From positions 1 to 31,500 of the forward strand of contig JASJDO010000023.1 in the NCBI GenBank assembly GCA_030065115.1: a stretch of DNA of 31,500 nt, in the 5' to 3' direction. The first letter of the stretch is position 1. Each line of letters begins with the position of its first letter. The DNA is from Rhizobiaceae bacterium. GTDB lineage: Bacteria; Pseudomonadota; Alphaproteobacteria; Rhizobiales; Rhizobiaceae. The notes under the pieces are model-generated. The model made no database searches, was not told the origin of the DNA, and was given only the letters and a program-made list of their open reading frames with translations. This document shows positions 8,830-19,236 of the stretch, piece by piece. The position numbers were made by a program, and so were the translations under genes.

Positions 8830-9687
8830 ATGAAAAATCTGATTTTGAGTACAATATTGATTGCAACGTCGCTGTCTTTTGGTGCGTCACATTCATCTGC
8901 TGAAGTGAACCAGTGCACCGAGATCACTTCAGTTCCGGCGGTAATAAATGTCCAGGGCGTATACTGTCTGAAGGGAAACCTCACCACCAGCATGACATCT
9001 GGCGCGGCAATTCGAATCAATACCAACAATGTAACTATCGAGCTGAATGGATGGAAACTAGGCGGGTCGGCAGCGGGCTTGGCGACAAATGCATCCGGCA
9101 TTTACGCTGATGATCGAAAAAACATTACTATTCGTAATGGTACTATCCGAGGATTTAGAACAGGGATTGGAATTGATGGCAGCGCTGCAAGTTCCTCGGG
9201 CCATTTGATTGAAGATATGCTCGTGAACGGAAATCGTGCTGCCGGGATTCGGGTATCAGGGAACAATAATACCATTCGTAACAATAGAATAACGAACACC
9301 GGCCCTTCATCGCTGACTTTATCTGCCACCGGTATCGAAATCAGCAGCGGCAAGAATATTTCGATCTATGGCAATACTGTATCTGGCCTGAATAGCGCAT
9401 CAGCTGTCGCGGGAATAAAAATGAACTATGTTGCCAATGTTGAAGTGCGTGACAATCGGATTTTTGATTTGCTGAATGGCAATTCGAAAGAAGGAATAAC
9501 AAGCGGAAACGTACACCGCCTAACCATTCGAAATAACACTGTTACAACTGAGAATGGAGGTTTCAACAGCAGTGGAATTAAGAACCTTGCCAGTAGTCAA
9601 GCTGTTGCCTGTGTCGGCAATATTGTAAATGGTTTTGCCAATAATATTGGTGGCTGTCATGCCCTCGTCGGCAATGTAAGTTTCTAG
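8830..9687 (+). CDS. Secreted right-handed parallel beta-helix repeat protein (pectin-lyase-fold/NosD-like), lower-GC gene
   Basis: It has a signal peptide (MKNLILSTILIATSLSFGASHSSA), a GGAGA RBS and iterated PbH1-type repeats (NVTIELNGWKL, NITIRNGTIRG, NNTIRNNRITN, ISIYGNTVSG, VEVRDNRIF, LTIRNNTV). The protein is Asn/Gly/Thr-rich. Local GC is visibly lower than in flanking genes. Confidence 0.7.
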   Translation: MKNLILSTILIATSLSFGASHSSAEVNQCTEITSVPAVINVQGVYCLKGNLTTSMTSGAAIRINTNNVTIELNGWKLGGSAAGLATNASGIYADDRKNITIRNGTIRGFRTGIGIDGSAASSSGHLIEDMLVNGNRAAGIRVSGNNNTIRNNRITNTGPSSLTLSATGIEISSGKNISIYGNTVSGLNSASAVAGIKMNYVANVEVRDNRIFDLLNGNSKEGITSGNVHRLTIRNNTVTTENGGFNSSGIKNLASSQAVACVGNIVNGFANNIGGCHALVGNVSF

Positions 9688-9734
9688 GTTACCAAGATTG
9701 CATTGCCTGCATTGGAGATAGTGTAAGTCCCCGG

Positions 9735-12700
9735 CTACTTCTTGAATCCGCCAAACAGCAGGAAGTATCCCCCGGGTACAAAGAACAGGCTTAGGATTGA
9801 TGAGAACAACAAGCCGCCAATCATCAGGGTTGCCATGGGTTCAAACAGAGCACCGCCTGTTAGTGCCATGGGAACCAAACCAAGAATGGTTGTCAGCGAC
9901 GTTAGCAGAATTGGAGTCACGCGTTTCTTCGCGGCCTCCACAACCGCTTCTCTGACGGCTTTTGTTTCGCGCTCAATGTCTATCTGATCGATCAGGACAA
10001 TTGCATTGTTGATGATAATGCCAGCCAATGAGATCAACCCCAAGATCGCAAAGAAGGATAGTGGTTGTCCGGTGACGATAAGTGCGATCGGAGCACCGAT
10101 GATGATCAGTGGTATTGTCATGAAGGTCAAGAGCACACGGCGTATGGAGTTGAACTGGAACACAAGAGCCAGCAACATGATGGTTAGGGCGGCCGGCATT
10201 CCTCCAAGCAGCAGATTGTTCACGTTTGAGGAATTCTCGGTTTCACCGCCGATGGTGAGGGTGTAGCCAGAACCAAGATCAAGGTTGTCGAGGGTTTGTT
10301 GCAGAAGCGCCACTACCTCGTTTGCCGCGAGGGTATCGCTTTTACCGGAAATTTTGATCTGCCGGATCTGGTTTTCACGCCGTAGCTGTGAGTATTCCAG
10401 TCTCGGCTCGAAGGTTGCGATCTGGTCGAGAGAAATCAATTGGCCTCCGGCAGCAATCGACATGTTCGCCAAATCTTCAAGACTGTCGCGAAAGCTCTCT
10501 CCCGCCCGCACCACAATCGGAATGGATTCCGTTCCCTCACGATAAGTCGAATAGGTTGTCCCCGAAAAAAAGGTGTCCATAATGTTGGAGATATCTTCAG
10601 ATGTAATGCCCAATTCCCGCACTTTGTCCTGGGCAATGTTGATGACCATCTTGAGAGACTTGTTGCCCCAATCATTCTCATTTTGGATAATACCGGGCAC
10701 ATTTGAAAATGCGACTTCGACCTCTTCAGCCAGTTCCAGAAGTTTTTCTGCGTCGCTTCCAGTAATCTTGATTTCCACGATCCCAGATTCCCCACCTCCC
10801 ATGGAGAGCCTTTTCACCTTAAAACGTGCGGCAGGGTGGTTCTCAACCAGATAGGAATAGGCCCGATCCGCTCCAGCGATTGCCCCCGCCGGGTCAGCAG
10901 TATTGATCAGAATGAATGCACTGGCGGGATTTGTATCTGCAGGATTGAGCGCCAGATAAAATCTGGGTCCACCGTCACCAACAAAAACAGTTGTGTTTTT
11001 CACTTCGGGATTTTGTGATTTATCCAAAAGCCAGTTTTCAACAGCTACAGCTTCTTCCTTCGTACGGCCAATGGATGTGCCTTTTGGCATATCGAGATAG
11101 ACTAAATATTCAGCGCGCTCGGCCAAGGGAAACATCTCTGCTTTCGTGTATGAAAACAACGATGCGGCACCAAAAACCGCGCCATAAGCAAGCAGAATGA
11201 TGAGCGGACCTAACACAAGACTTTTGTTCACAAGAAAACCATAGGTTTCTACTAAACGGCTTTGCTTCTTTTCGACCACCTCGGTTTTGCGTCTTGTGAA
11301 CCAAACGCAAAGTGCCGGCAAAATATAGAGCGCAGTCAGCCAGGAGCCTAGCAACATGACGCCGACGACAGCCCCCAATGAAAATGCAAATTCTCCCTCT
11401 ACGCCGTCGAGGATCAACATCGGTACAAAAGCTGATACCGTGGTAATTGAAGCCACTCCGAGAGGTGTGAAAAACTGGTTTCCTGAAGTGAGTGCGGCTT
11501 CGCGAGGATCTTCGCCATTTCGAATTCGCTTTTGAATGTCTTCAACAACAACCAAACCGTTATCGACCAACAGACCAAGAGATATGATCGCAGCGGCGAT
11601 GGAGATTTGTTGAAGTTCTATCCCTAGGTAAGACATGCCAATCATTGCGAACATGACTGTAAATGGAACGATTGCTGCAATGATCAAGGCCGGGCGTAAG
11701 CCAAGGAATACGAGCATCACCAGCACGACGACCATAAACGTTTGCCCAACATTCGAGAGAGCGCTGTTGATGGATGTTGTAACGTTGGTTTCCTGAAAGG
11801 TTGAGAATTCATACGAAATACCAATCGGCTGTCCATTCTCAAAACGTTCAACTGAAGTTTCGAGTACGGCACCAATTTTCTGTATGTCTTCGGTATCCGC
11901 CATCTCCACGCCGAGGATGATCGCTTGTTGTCCGTTAAAAAGTGTTGGCTTGTTTTGTGGTTCCTCATAACCTCTGCGCACCGTCATCAGATCGCGCAGC
12001 CGTACAAAGCCGGAAAGGCCTTCCACCTTTGTCAGAATGTTGCCGATTTCCTCAACGGATCCAAGATCGCCATTGGCCTCCAGGATAAGGGTTGTTCCAG
12101 CTGCATCGAGCTCTCCTGCGGGCAAGATCACATTTTGGTTTTGTAAATCTTGGAGCACTTGTGGTAATTGCACGCCGGTTGCAGCGAGCTTGCGTGAGTC
12201 AATTTCCAGCCAGATGCGCTCTTCCTGATCTCCAAAGAGTGAGACCTTTGATACGCCTGAAATCGTGTATAAATTCGTCCGGAGTTGATCTGCGGATTTC
12301 TTCAGTTCGGCATAGGAGAAGCCTTCGCCCGTGACTGCAATTGTTGCGATAGAGACGTCACCATAATTGGTATTTACGAACGGACCGCTTGTACCATCCG
12401 GCAGTTCTTGTTTGACTTCATCCATGCGATTTCGAATATCCTGGAAAACGGACTCAAGTGAAGCCTTTGGCACGTTGTCATAGACCTCTGCTGTGATCTG
12501 TGTCCTGCCCGTTGTTACCAATGCCTTGATATCCTCAACTTCTCCGATTTCACGGAGTTTGCGCTCAATCGGTACGACGATCAGATCCTCCATACGGTCG
12601 GGCGCCATCCCCGGGAATTGTGCTGTCACAATCGCACTTCGGATTGTAATTGCCGGGTTTTCGCGCTTTGGAATGCCGACATAGACCAACAGCCCTTGAA

Positions 12701-12770
12701 GGATTAGGCCCACCATTACAATGAGTGTAAGTCGCGATTTGTTAAGGCCTAATGGCGTTAGAAAATTCAT
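9735..12770 (-). CDS. RND efflux transporter permease (AcrB/HAE1-like, 12-TM, 1011 aa)
   Basis: Length and architecture fit: two large periplasmic loops and conserved TM4/TM10 regions (…AAIISLGLLVDNGLVVVEDI…, …LTSLTTILGLVPMAL…). It is immediately preceded by a membrane-fusion-protein gene. Confidence 0.9.
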   Translation of the reverse strand: MNFLTPLGLNKSRLTLIVMVGLILQGLLVYVGIPKRENPAITIRSAIVTAQFPGMAPDRMEDLIVVPIERKLREIGEVEDIKALVTTGRTQITAEVYDNVPKASLESVFQDIRNRMDEVKQELPDGTSGPFVNTNYGDVSIATIAVTGEGFSYAELKKSADQLRTNLYTISGVSKVSLFGDQEERIWLEIDSRKLAATGVQLPQVLQDLQNQNVILPAGELDAAGTTLILEANGDLGSVEEIGNILTKVEGLSGFVRLRDLMTVRRGYEEPQNKPTLFNGQQAIILGVEMADTEDIQKIGAVLETSVERFENGQPIGISYEFSTFQETNVTTSINSALSNVGQTFMVVVLVMLVFLGLRPALIIAAIVPFTVMFAMIGMSYLGIELQQISIAAAIISLGLLVDNGLVVVEDIQKRIRNGEDPREAALTSGNQFFTPLGVASITTVSAFVPMLILDGVEGEFAFSLGAVVGVMLLGSWLTALYILPALCVWFTRRKTEVVEKKQSRLVETYGFLVNKSLVLGPLIILLAYGAVFGAASLFSYTKAEMFPLAERAEYLVYLDMPKGTSIGRTKEEAVAVENWLLDKSQNPEVKNTTVFVGDGGPRFYLALNPADTNPASAFILINTADPAGAIAGADRAYSYLVENHPAARFKVKRLSMGGGESGIVEIKITGSDAEKLLELAEEVEVAFSNVPGIIQNENDWGNKSLKMVINIAQDKVRELGITSEDISNIMDTFFSGTTYSTYREGTESIPIVVRAGESFRDSLEDLANMSIAAGGQLISLDQIATFEPRLEYSQLRRENQIRQIKISGKSDTLAANEVVALLQQTLDNLDLGSGYTLTIGGETENSSNVNNLLLGGMPAALTIMLLALVFQFNSIRRVLLTFMTIPLIIIGAPIALIVTGQPLSFFAILGLISLAGIIINNAIVLIDQIDIERETKAVREAVVEAAKKRVTPILLTSLTTILGLVPMALTGGALFEPMATLMIGGLLFSSILSLFFVPGGYFLLFGGFKK

Positions 12771-12780
12771 GATCAGGCCC

Positions 12781-13893
12781 TTAATCAGCGTCTGTCAGGA
12801 GTTTCACTTTTTGCCCTTCGCGAAGAAACGAAACACCGGCTGATGCTACCCGTTCGCCGAGTTTCAGACCGTCGATAATGATGATTGCGTTTTCTCTCAC
12901 ACCTGCCACAACCACATCCCGTCGACTGACTGTGCTGTTATCCGGATTGAAAACAAACACCTGGGTTCTACCCGGATCACTTGGATTTTTCGGCGGTTCA
13001 AGTTTGCCATCGAACGGCAGAACCGAAAGCGGCAGCGTAAAGCCTTCTCCGGAGGGAACTGTAAACTCGATTGAAATTTCTACTGCCATGCCAGCTTTGA
13101 TGGACGGGTCAATTTCATCAAGTTTGACGACTACAGGGAATGACGAAACAGTATCTGCCCGTGCGCCCAATTCACTGATGTGACCGTCTAGAGCAATTTC
13201 AGGATTATCTGCCAGCCGCACGCGCACTTTCTTCCCGACAGTCAGACGATTCACAATGTCAAAGCTTACAGAGAAGCTCGATTCAAATGCATCGATTGCG
13301 TAGATGGTGGCGATTGCTGCACCGACACCCACATTCGCAAAAGACTGAACTTCCACTGAGTTAATGATGCCGTCAAAGGGGGCGACCAGTTTGGCTTTCC
13401 CGAGATTTTCGTTGGCCGTTTCGAGATTGCGTTCTGCCTGCACTACGCGTGCGGCGCTGGTTTCCGCATCGGTACGCGCTTTGTCTGCAACCGAATCGGA
13501 AACAATCCCTTTCTTGCGCAGCTCCTCTTTGCGCTTGGCATCCTCTGCCGCGTTTTTTGCAAGAGATTTGCTTTCTTGTAGTGCCGCCTCAGCGGTTTCA
13601 ACCTGTAATTCAAGGGAGCGCGTATCGATCTCGGCGATCACGTCGCCTTCCTTAACGCGCTGTCCAACATCCAGATTTATTTCCTGAAGGCGTCCACCGA
13701 TCTCGAAAGAAAGAGAGGAAATAGACCCCGGTTGGAGGACGCTGGGATATCGCCTGATCGTTGTTTGCTCTGTTTCTTCGATCAGGACAGTTTTGAGGCC
13801 ACGAACCGGTGCTTCTGCTGCTGTATCTGAGCTGTCATCTTGACAGGCAGTAAGTGCAACGCAAAAACTAAGTAGGAAGAATAAACGACGCAT
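12781..13893 (-). CDS. RND efflux periplasmic adaptor (membrane fusion protein), lipoprotein
   Basis: It has a lipoprotein signal with lipobox LTAC (MRRLFFLLSFCVALTACQ). Coiled-coil hairpin and beta-barrel regions are typical of the HlyD/AcrA family. It is 10 nt upstream of the RND permease. Confidence 0.85.
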   Translation of the reverse strand: MRRLFFLLSFCVALTACQDDSSDTAAEAPVRGLKTVLIEETEQTTIRRYPSVLQPGSISSLSFEIGGRLQEINLDVGQRVKEGDVIAEIDTRSLELQVETAEAALQESKSLAKNAAEDAKRKEELRKKGIVSDSVADKARTDAETSAARVVQAERNLETANENLGKAKLVAPFDGIINSVEVQSFANVGVGAAIATIYAIDAFESSFSVSFDIVNRLTVGKKVRVRLADNPEIALDGHISELGARADTVSSFPVVVKLDEIDPSIKAGMAVEISIEFTVPSGEGFTLPLSVLPFDGKLEPPKNPSDPGRTQVFVFNPDNSTVSRRDVVVAGVRENAIIIIDGLKLGERVASAGVSFLREGQKVKLLTDAD

Positions 13894-13972
13894 GTTTTTC
13901 TCTATCGGCTAGCGGCGCAAAAGCGCTATGAATGAATGCAGGCTTTTCCATTACTGCACAGGAACGAATAAA

Positions 13973-14398
13973 ATGGTAGCTCAAATTCTGTGGGGCAGTT
14001 TGGTTCTCGGGCTGTGCACATTGGTACATTTGTTCATTGTTATCGGGTGGGTTCAGGTGCTGAGAAGAAGTACTCTCTCGCGTGCTGGATCTGCCAAACT
14101 GGTAAAGCAATTCATGGTCGTTGGTATCACACTCGCAGCGATCATCTTTGCCCATACTGTTCAAGTGTGGATTTGGGCGGGCGCGCTTGTCGGTCTAGGC
14201 GCATTGCAGTCATTTCCTGATGCACTCTATTTCGCACTCGTTACGTATACCACGGTTGGTTATGGTGATTTGACCATCGGCCCTGACTTCAGAATTTTTG
14301 GTGCCATGGCGGCAGTAACAGGCATGCTTGGCTTCGGAATCAGTACCGCATTTCTGGTTGGGTTGTTAGGCAGGCTATTTCCCAATCACCTTAAGTGA
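13973..14398 (+). CDS. Minimal potassium channel (Ion_trans_2 pore domain, TVGYGD filter)
   Basis: It has the canonical K+ selectivity filter TYTTVGYGDL, flanked by a pore helix (FPDALYFALV) and TM helices. An AGGAA RBS precedes ATG 13973; the ORF track's upstream in-frame ATG at 13928 has no RBS. No RCK/cNMP gating domain is present. Confidence 0.8.
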   Translation: MVAQILWGSLVLGLCTLVHLFIVIGWVQVLRRSTLSRAGSAKLVKQFMVVGITLAAIIFAHTVQVWIWAGALVGLGALQSFPDALYFALVTYTTVGYGDLTIGPDFRIFGAMAAVTGMLGFGISTAFLVGLLGRLFPNHLK

Positions 14399-14422
14399 GG
14401 ATCAACAGTTATCGTTTTTGGT

Positions 14423-16582
14423 TTACTCAGCAGCGTAGTTTCTGCCCCTGAATTTCTCCTTGATGTGACCAAGCAGGTTTGAGGCAGATTCCAGAATGTT
14501 GGTGCCGGGGCCGTAGATTTCTGTCACGCCGGCTTCTTTCAGGAATTCATAGTCTTGTGCGGGGATAACGCCACCGCAGATGACAATCTTGTCTGCTGCG
14601 TTCCGTTTGGCAAGCTCTTCCAACAGCATCGGAGCCAGTGTCTTGTGGCCGGCCGCATGAGAAGAAATACCGACCACATCCACATCTTCTGCAACCGCCA
14701 TATCTGCTGCTTCGTCTGGCGTCTGGAACAAAGGGCCGACGACGACATCAAAGCCCATGTCTTCAAAGGCAGTGGCGATGACTTTCGCCCCGCGATCATG
14801 ACCATCCTGACCCATTTTGACTACCATCAAGCGAGGCTTTCGGCCAAGTGTGGTTTCCATTTCCGTGATGTCCGACTTGAGTTTTTTCCAGTCTTCATCC
14901 CCTTCAAAGCCCGCTTCATAGACATCTGAGATGAGGTGTGTCTCAGCTGTATGACGACCCCAGGCTTTTTCCATCGCGTCAGAAATTTCACCGACTGAAG
15001 CGCGTGCGCGTGCGGCTTCCACAGCAGCATCCAGTATATTGCCTTCACCCGTTGTTGCGACACGGGTGAGTTCCGTTAATGCAGCATCGCATGCAGCCTG
15101 ATCGCGTGTCTTTTTCATGCGGGTAAGGCGGGCGATCTGTGCTTCACGGACCTTGTCATTGTCGACTTCAAGAATATCAACCGGGTCCTGATGGGCAAGG
15201 CGGAATTTGTTCACGCCGACGATCACTTCTTCTCCGCGGTCAATACGGGCCTGTTTAGCAGCAGCAGACTCCTCAATCCGAGCCTTTGGAAGTCCGGCTT
15301 CAACGGCTTTGGTCATGCCGCCAGCAGCTTCTACTTCCTCGATCAATTTCCAGGCTTCTTTCGCCAGCTGATCGGTCAAGCTTTCGACGTAGTAGGACCC
15401 CGCTAGTGGGTCGACCACATTCGTAACGCCTGTCTCATGTTGCAAAATGAGCTGAGTATTGCGGGCTATGCGTGCTGACGTTTCGGTTGGCAGAGCAATC
15501 GCTTCATCAAATGAGTTTGTGTGCAGGGATTGCGTGCCGCCCAATACGGCAGACATGGCCTCAAAGGCCGTGCGCACCACATTGTTGTAAGGATCCTGCT
15601 CCTGCAACGAAACGCCGGATGTCTGGCAATGGGTGCGCAGCATTTTCGATTTTGGGTTTTTGGGCTCAAACTCACTCATGATGCGCGACCACAAGAGCCT
15701 TGCGGCACGAAGCTTTGCGGCTTCCATGAAGAAGTTCATGCCAATGCAGAAGAAGAAAGACAGGCGTCCGGCGAATGCGTCTACGTCCATGCCTTTTGCA
15801 AGGGCTGCACGGACATATTCGCGACCGTCAGCCAGCGTATAGGCAAGCTCTTGCACAAGGTTCGCGCCAGCTTCCTGCATATGGTAGCCGGAGATGGAGA
15901 TTGAGTTAAACTTCGGCATTTCGTTCGCCGTATACTCAATAATGTCCGCCACTATCCGCATCGAAGGTTCAGGTGGATAGATGTAAGTGTTGCGTACCAT
16001 AAACTCTTTCAGAATGTCGTTCTGAATGGTGCCGGAGAGTTTCGCACGTTCCACGCCCTGTTCTTCACCTGCTACGATAAAAGAGGCGAGCACTGGAATC
16101 ACAGCCCCGTTCATGGTCATCGAGACAGACATTTCGTCAAGCGGAATGCCATCGAAGAGAATTTTCATGTCCTCAACGGAGTCAATCGCAACACCTGCCT
16201 TACCCACGTCACCGACAACACGCGGATGATCGGAATCATAGCCCCGATGGGTGGCCAAGTCGAAAGCAACGGAGAGCCCCTTCTGTCCGGCTGCAAGGTT
16301 CTTGCGGTAAAAGGCGTTTGATTCTTCTGCCGTTGAAAAGCCTGCATACTGACGGATGGTCCATGGGCGACCGGCATACATGGTGGCTTTTGGACCGCGC
16401 AGAAATGGCTCAAACCCGGGCAGATTGTCTGCATGCTCAATTCCGGCGACATCTGCCGCGGTATAAAGCGGTTGGACCGGAATGCCTTCAGGCGTTTGCC
16501 ACACCAGAGCCTCAGGATCGCCGCCCTTCATCTCTTTGGAGGCAAGATCAAGCCAGTCGCGTTTTGTGGGTTTGTCAGTCAT
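14423..16582 (-). CDS. scpA: Methylmalonyl-CoA mutase, large fused subunit (catalytic TIM barrel plus C-terminal B12-binding domain)
   Basis: It is 719 aa. The N-terminal CoA-binding barrel and the C-terminal cobalamin-binding Rossmann domain carry a DxHxxG-type motif (…[19 protein letters not shown]…). Its start overlaps the pccA stop (TAATG). Confidence 0.9.
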   Translation of the reverse strand: MTDKPTKRDWLDLASKEMKGGDPEALVWQTPEGIPVQPLYTAADVAGIEHADNLPGFEPFLRGPKATMYAGRPWTIRQYAGFSTAEESNAFYRKNLAAGQKGLSVAFDLATHRGYDSDHPRVVGDVGKAGVAIDSVEDMKILFDGIPLDEMSVSMTMNGAVIPVLASFIVAGEEQGVERAKLSGTIQNDILKEFMVRNTYIYPPEPSMRIVADIIEYTANEMPKFNSISISGYHMQEAGANLVQELAYTLADGREYVRAALAKGMDVDAFAGRLSFFFCIGMNFFMEAAKLRAARLLWSRIMSEFEPKNPKSKMLRTHCQTSGVSLQEQDPYNNVVRTAFEAMSAVLGGTQSLHTNSFDEAIALPTETSARIARNTQLILQHETGVTNVVDPLAGSYYVESLTDQLAKEAWKLIEEVEAAGGMTKAVEAGLPKARIEESAAAKQARIDRGEEVIVGVNKFRLAHQDPVDILEVDNDKVREAQIARLTRMKKTRDQAACDAALTELTRVATTGEGNILDAAVEAARARASVGEISDAMEKAWGRHTAETHLISDVYEAGFEGDEDWKKLKSDITEMETTLGRKPRLMVVKMGQDGHDRGAKVIATAFEDMGFDVVVGPLFQTPDEAADMAVAEDVDVVGISSHAAGHKTLAPMLLEELAKRNAADKIVICGGVIPAQDYEFLKEAGVTEIYGPGTNILESASNLLGHIKEKFRGRNYAAE

Positions 16583-18585
16583 TACCCAAACTCCATGATC
16601 ACATCATCCAGCGCAAGGCTATCGCCCGCTGCCGCGTTGATTCTGGTAACGGTGCATTTCTTTTCTGCGCGCAGAATGTTTTCCATTTTCATCGCCTCGA
16701 CGGTTGCAAGCGGTTGACCTTCTTGTACTTCGTCGCCTTCTGACACAGCGATCGAGACAACCAGCCCAGGCATTGGGCAGAGCAGCAGGTTGGATGTATC
16801 CGGCGCGATTTTCTCCGGCATCATCGCAAGGAATTCTGCTTGTCTTGCGGTGAGCATTTTCACGTCCATGTCCGCGCCGCGCCAGCGAATGCGGAACCCC
16901 GTGTTTGTGGCATCCACCTTCAAGCTTAGGACTTCATCATCAACCGATACATAAGCGAGACTATCGCCCGGACGCCATTCGGTTTCTACTTCGAATGTTG
17001 TGCCACCCAAGGTGATGCTGGCTCCTGCATTGCGTAAATTAGATAACGCCAATGGCATATGGGTTTTGTCGATCACTGCCACCCATTCCGTACCCACTTT
17101 GCGGGTATGATTCTGAAGTGCGCCGGTGAGGCGGGTGCGACGCAGTTCGGAAATCATGTTGAGAACAGATGCCGCCGCCGCAACTTTGCTTCGAGCCGCT
17201 TCATCAATGGTTACGCCTTCAAAACCATCCGGGTATTCTTCTGCGATAAATGCTGTTGTCATGTCGCCGGAACAGAATTTTTCATGATCCATGACTGCGG
17301 AGAGGAAGGGCAGGTTGTGGCCGATGCCTTCAACTTCAAAACTGTCCAATGCTTCGCGCATAGCGTGAATTGCCTGAGCGCGGTCAGCACCCCAGGTGCA
17401 GAGCTTTGCAATCATCGGGTCGTAGAACATGGAAATCTCGCCGCCATCAAAGACGCCCGTATCATTGCGGATGATGGTCTTGTCTTCGCGCTCACCTTCC
17501 GCTGGCGGGTTATAGCGGGTGAGACGGCCAATCGAAGGCAGGAAGTAGCGATAGGGGTCTTCGGCGTAAAGGCGCGATTCTATCGCCCAACCATTGAGCT
17601 TGATGTCTTCCTGGCTGATCGTGAGTTTCTCGCCATTGGCGACGCGGATCATCTGCTCAACCAGATCTATGCCGGTGATGAGTTCGGTAACCGGGTGCTC
17701 CACCTGAAGGCGAGTGTTCATTTCCAGAAAGTAGAAATTCTTGTCGCCATCGACTATGAACTCGACTGTACCTGCAGAGCAATAATCAACGGCCTTGGCG
17801 AGCGCTACTGCCTCTTCGCCCATTGCCTTGCGCGTTTTCTCATCAAGAAACGGCGAGGGTGCTTCCTCAATCACCTTCTGGTTGCGGCGCTGGATCGAGC
17901 ATTCGCGTTCGCCCAGATAGATGCAATTGCCATGCTTGTCGCCAAGAACCTGAATTTCGATATGGCGTGGTTGGGTGACAAATTTCTCGATGAAAATCCG
18001 GTCATCGCCGAAAGAGTTTTTAGCTTCGTTCTTGGAAGACTGAAATCCTTCGCGGGCATCGTCATCATTCCAGGCAATGCGCATGCCTTTGCCGCCGCCG
18101 CCAGCAGACGCTTTAATCATCACGGGATAGCCGATCTCTTTTGAGATTTTTATGGCTTCGTCTGCATCTTCAATCAGGCCCATGTGGCCGGGCACGGTAG
18201 AAACGCCTGCTTCTTGAGCGAGCTTTTTGGAGGTGATTTTGTCGCCCATGGCTTCAATCGCACCAACCGGCGGGCCGATGAAGGCAATGTTTGCTTTTTC
18301 AAGTGCTTCGGCAAATTTTGGGTTTTCAGAAAGGAAGCCGTAACCGGGGTGCACAGCTTCTGCACCGCTTTCCTTGATGGCGGCCAGAATTTTGTCGATC
18401 ACGATGTAGGATTCAGCAGCAGGCGGTGGGCCGATATGAATGGCTTCGTCCGCCATTTTCACATGCAATGCATCGCGATCAGCATCTGAGTATACAGCGA
18501 CGGTGGCAATGCCCATTTTTTTTGCGGTCTTGATCACGCGGCAGGCGATTTCGCCCCGGTTCGCTATCAGAATTTTTTTGAACAT
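16582..18585 (-). CDS. pccA: Propionyl-CoA carboxylase alpha subunit (biotin carboxylase + BCCP)
   Basis: It has a biotin carboxylase N-terminus ([20 protein letters not shown]…), an ATP-grasp domain and a C-terminal biotinyl domain with the EAMKME motif. It is 667 aa and sits in an operon with pccB and the mutase. Confidence 0.9.
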   Translation of the reverse strand: MFKKILIANRGEIACRVIKTAKKMGIATVAVYSDADRDALHVKMADEAIHIGPPPAAESYIVIDKILAAIKESGAEAVHPGYGFLSENPKFAEALEKANIAFIGPPVGAIEAMGDKITSKKLAQEAGVSTVPGHMGLIEDADEAIKISKEIGYPVMIKASAGGGGKGMRIAWNDDDAREGFQSSKNEAKNSFGDDRIFIEKFVTQPRHIEIQVLGDKHGNCIYLGERECSIQRRNQKVIEEAPSPFLDEKTRKAMGEEAVALAKAVDYCSAGTVEFIVDGDKNFYFLEMNTRLQVEHPVTELITGIDLVEQMIRVANGEKLTISQEDIKLNGWAIESRLYAEDPYRYFLPSIGRLTRYNPPAEGEREDKTIIRNDTGVFDGGEISMFYDPMIAKLCTWGADRAQAIHAMREALDSFEVEGIGHNLPFLSAVMDHEKFCSGDMTTAFIAEEYPDGFEGVTIDEAARSKVAAAASVLNMISELRRTRLTGALQNHTRKVGTEWVAVIDKTHMPLALSNLRNAGASITLGGTTFEVETEWRPGDSLAYVSVDDEVLSLKVDATNTGFRIRWRGADMDVKMLTARQAEFLAMMPEKIAPDTSNLLLCPMPGLVVSIAVSEGDEVQEGQPLATVEAMKMENILRAEKKCTVTRINAAAGDSLALDDVIMEFG

Positions 18586-19235
18586 TATTCGGTCTTTTCT
18601 TTTTGTTCGTCGCTATTGAGCACTTCCGGTGCCAGTTCTTCGAGCCGTGTCCGGTGTTTAGCTTCAAGCTCTGTATTCCCCATCGCACTGGCTGCTCGCA
18701 TCATTCCGATATGCGCCGGGACATAATCCGGGTTGATGGAGAGTGACGCCTGAAACCAGAAGCGTGCGCGTTCAGGCAGTTTGCGTTCTTCCAAAACACG
18801 GCCGCGGTCTGCGAGGAAGCGTGGATTTTCTCTCAAGCCTTTGAACGCTTCTTCAAACCACCGCACCACAGCGTCGGTTTCATCCCCTCGCACATGGGTG
18901 GCAACGCCGTAGCCCCAAAATATGTCGGGCAGATCAGGATTGATCAGCCAGGCCTGGTTAAACCGGCGGATCGCCTCGTTGGGCTTTCCCTTGCCGATTT
19001 GTTCCCAACCCAGTTGCACAACGCCAATTGCAGCGGCTTGCTTGTCTCCATTGGTGAGCGCCAAGACTTGCTTGATGAATTTGTCGTCGTTCTCAATGTC
19101 AGCTGCCGATTTCTCGATGCCTTCCCACATGGGGGTGGGTTTGGACTCGAATTGGGCGTGAGCTGGAGTGCATATAGCAAGTGACAGGAGAATTGTTATC
19201 ACCTTAGCAAGGTGAGAATTTTTGCATGGTAACAA
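18585..19235 (-). CDS. Secreted TPR-like repeat protein of unknown function, embedded in the pcc operon
   Basis: It has a TTG start preceded by AAGGGA and a signal peptide (…VITILLSLAICTPAHAQ). Helical repeats have TPR-like W/F/Y spacing. Its stop overlaps the pccA start (ATGA), and its start lies 1 nt after the upstream gene's stop. Confidence 0.55.
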   Translation of the reverse strand: MLPCKNSHLAKVITILLSLAICTPAHAQFESKPTPMWEGIEKSAADIENDDKFIKQVLALTNGDKQAAAIGVVQLGWEQIGKGKPNEAIRRFNQAWLINPDLPDIFWGYGVATHVRGDETDAVVRWFEEAFKGLRENPRFLADRGRVLEERKLPERARFWFQASLSINPDYVPAHIGMMRAASAMGNTELEAKHRTRLEELAPEVLNSDEQKEKTE

Positions 19236-19236
19236 A

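Noticed and set aside
17059-18144. 361-aa plus-strand ORF inside pccA, plus similar long antisense ORFs (810..1298, 970..1407, 4316..4942, 15521..15904 and others)
   Set aside because: All lie entirely within strongly supported protein-coding genes on the opposite strand. They have Arg/Ala/Cys-rich composition typical of GC-rich antisense frames and no recognisable domains.
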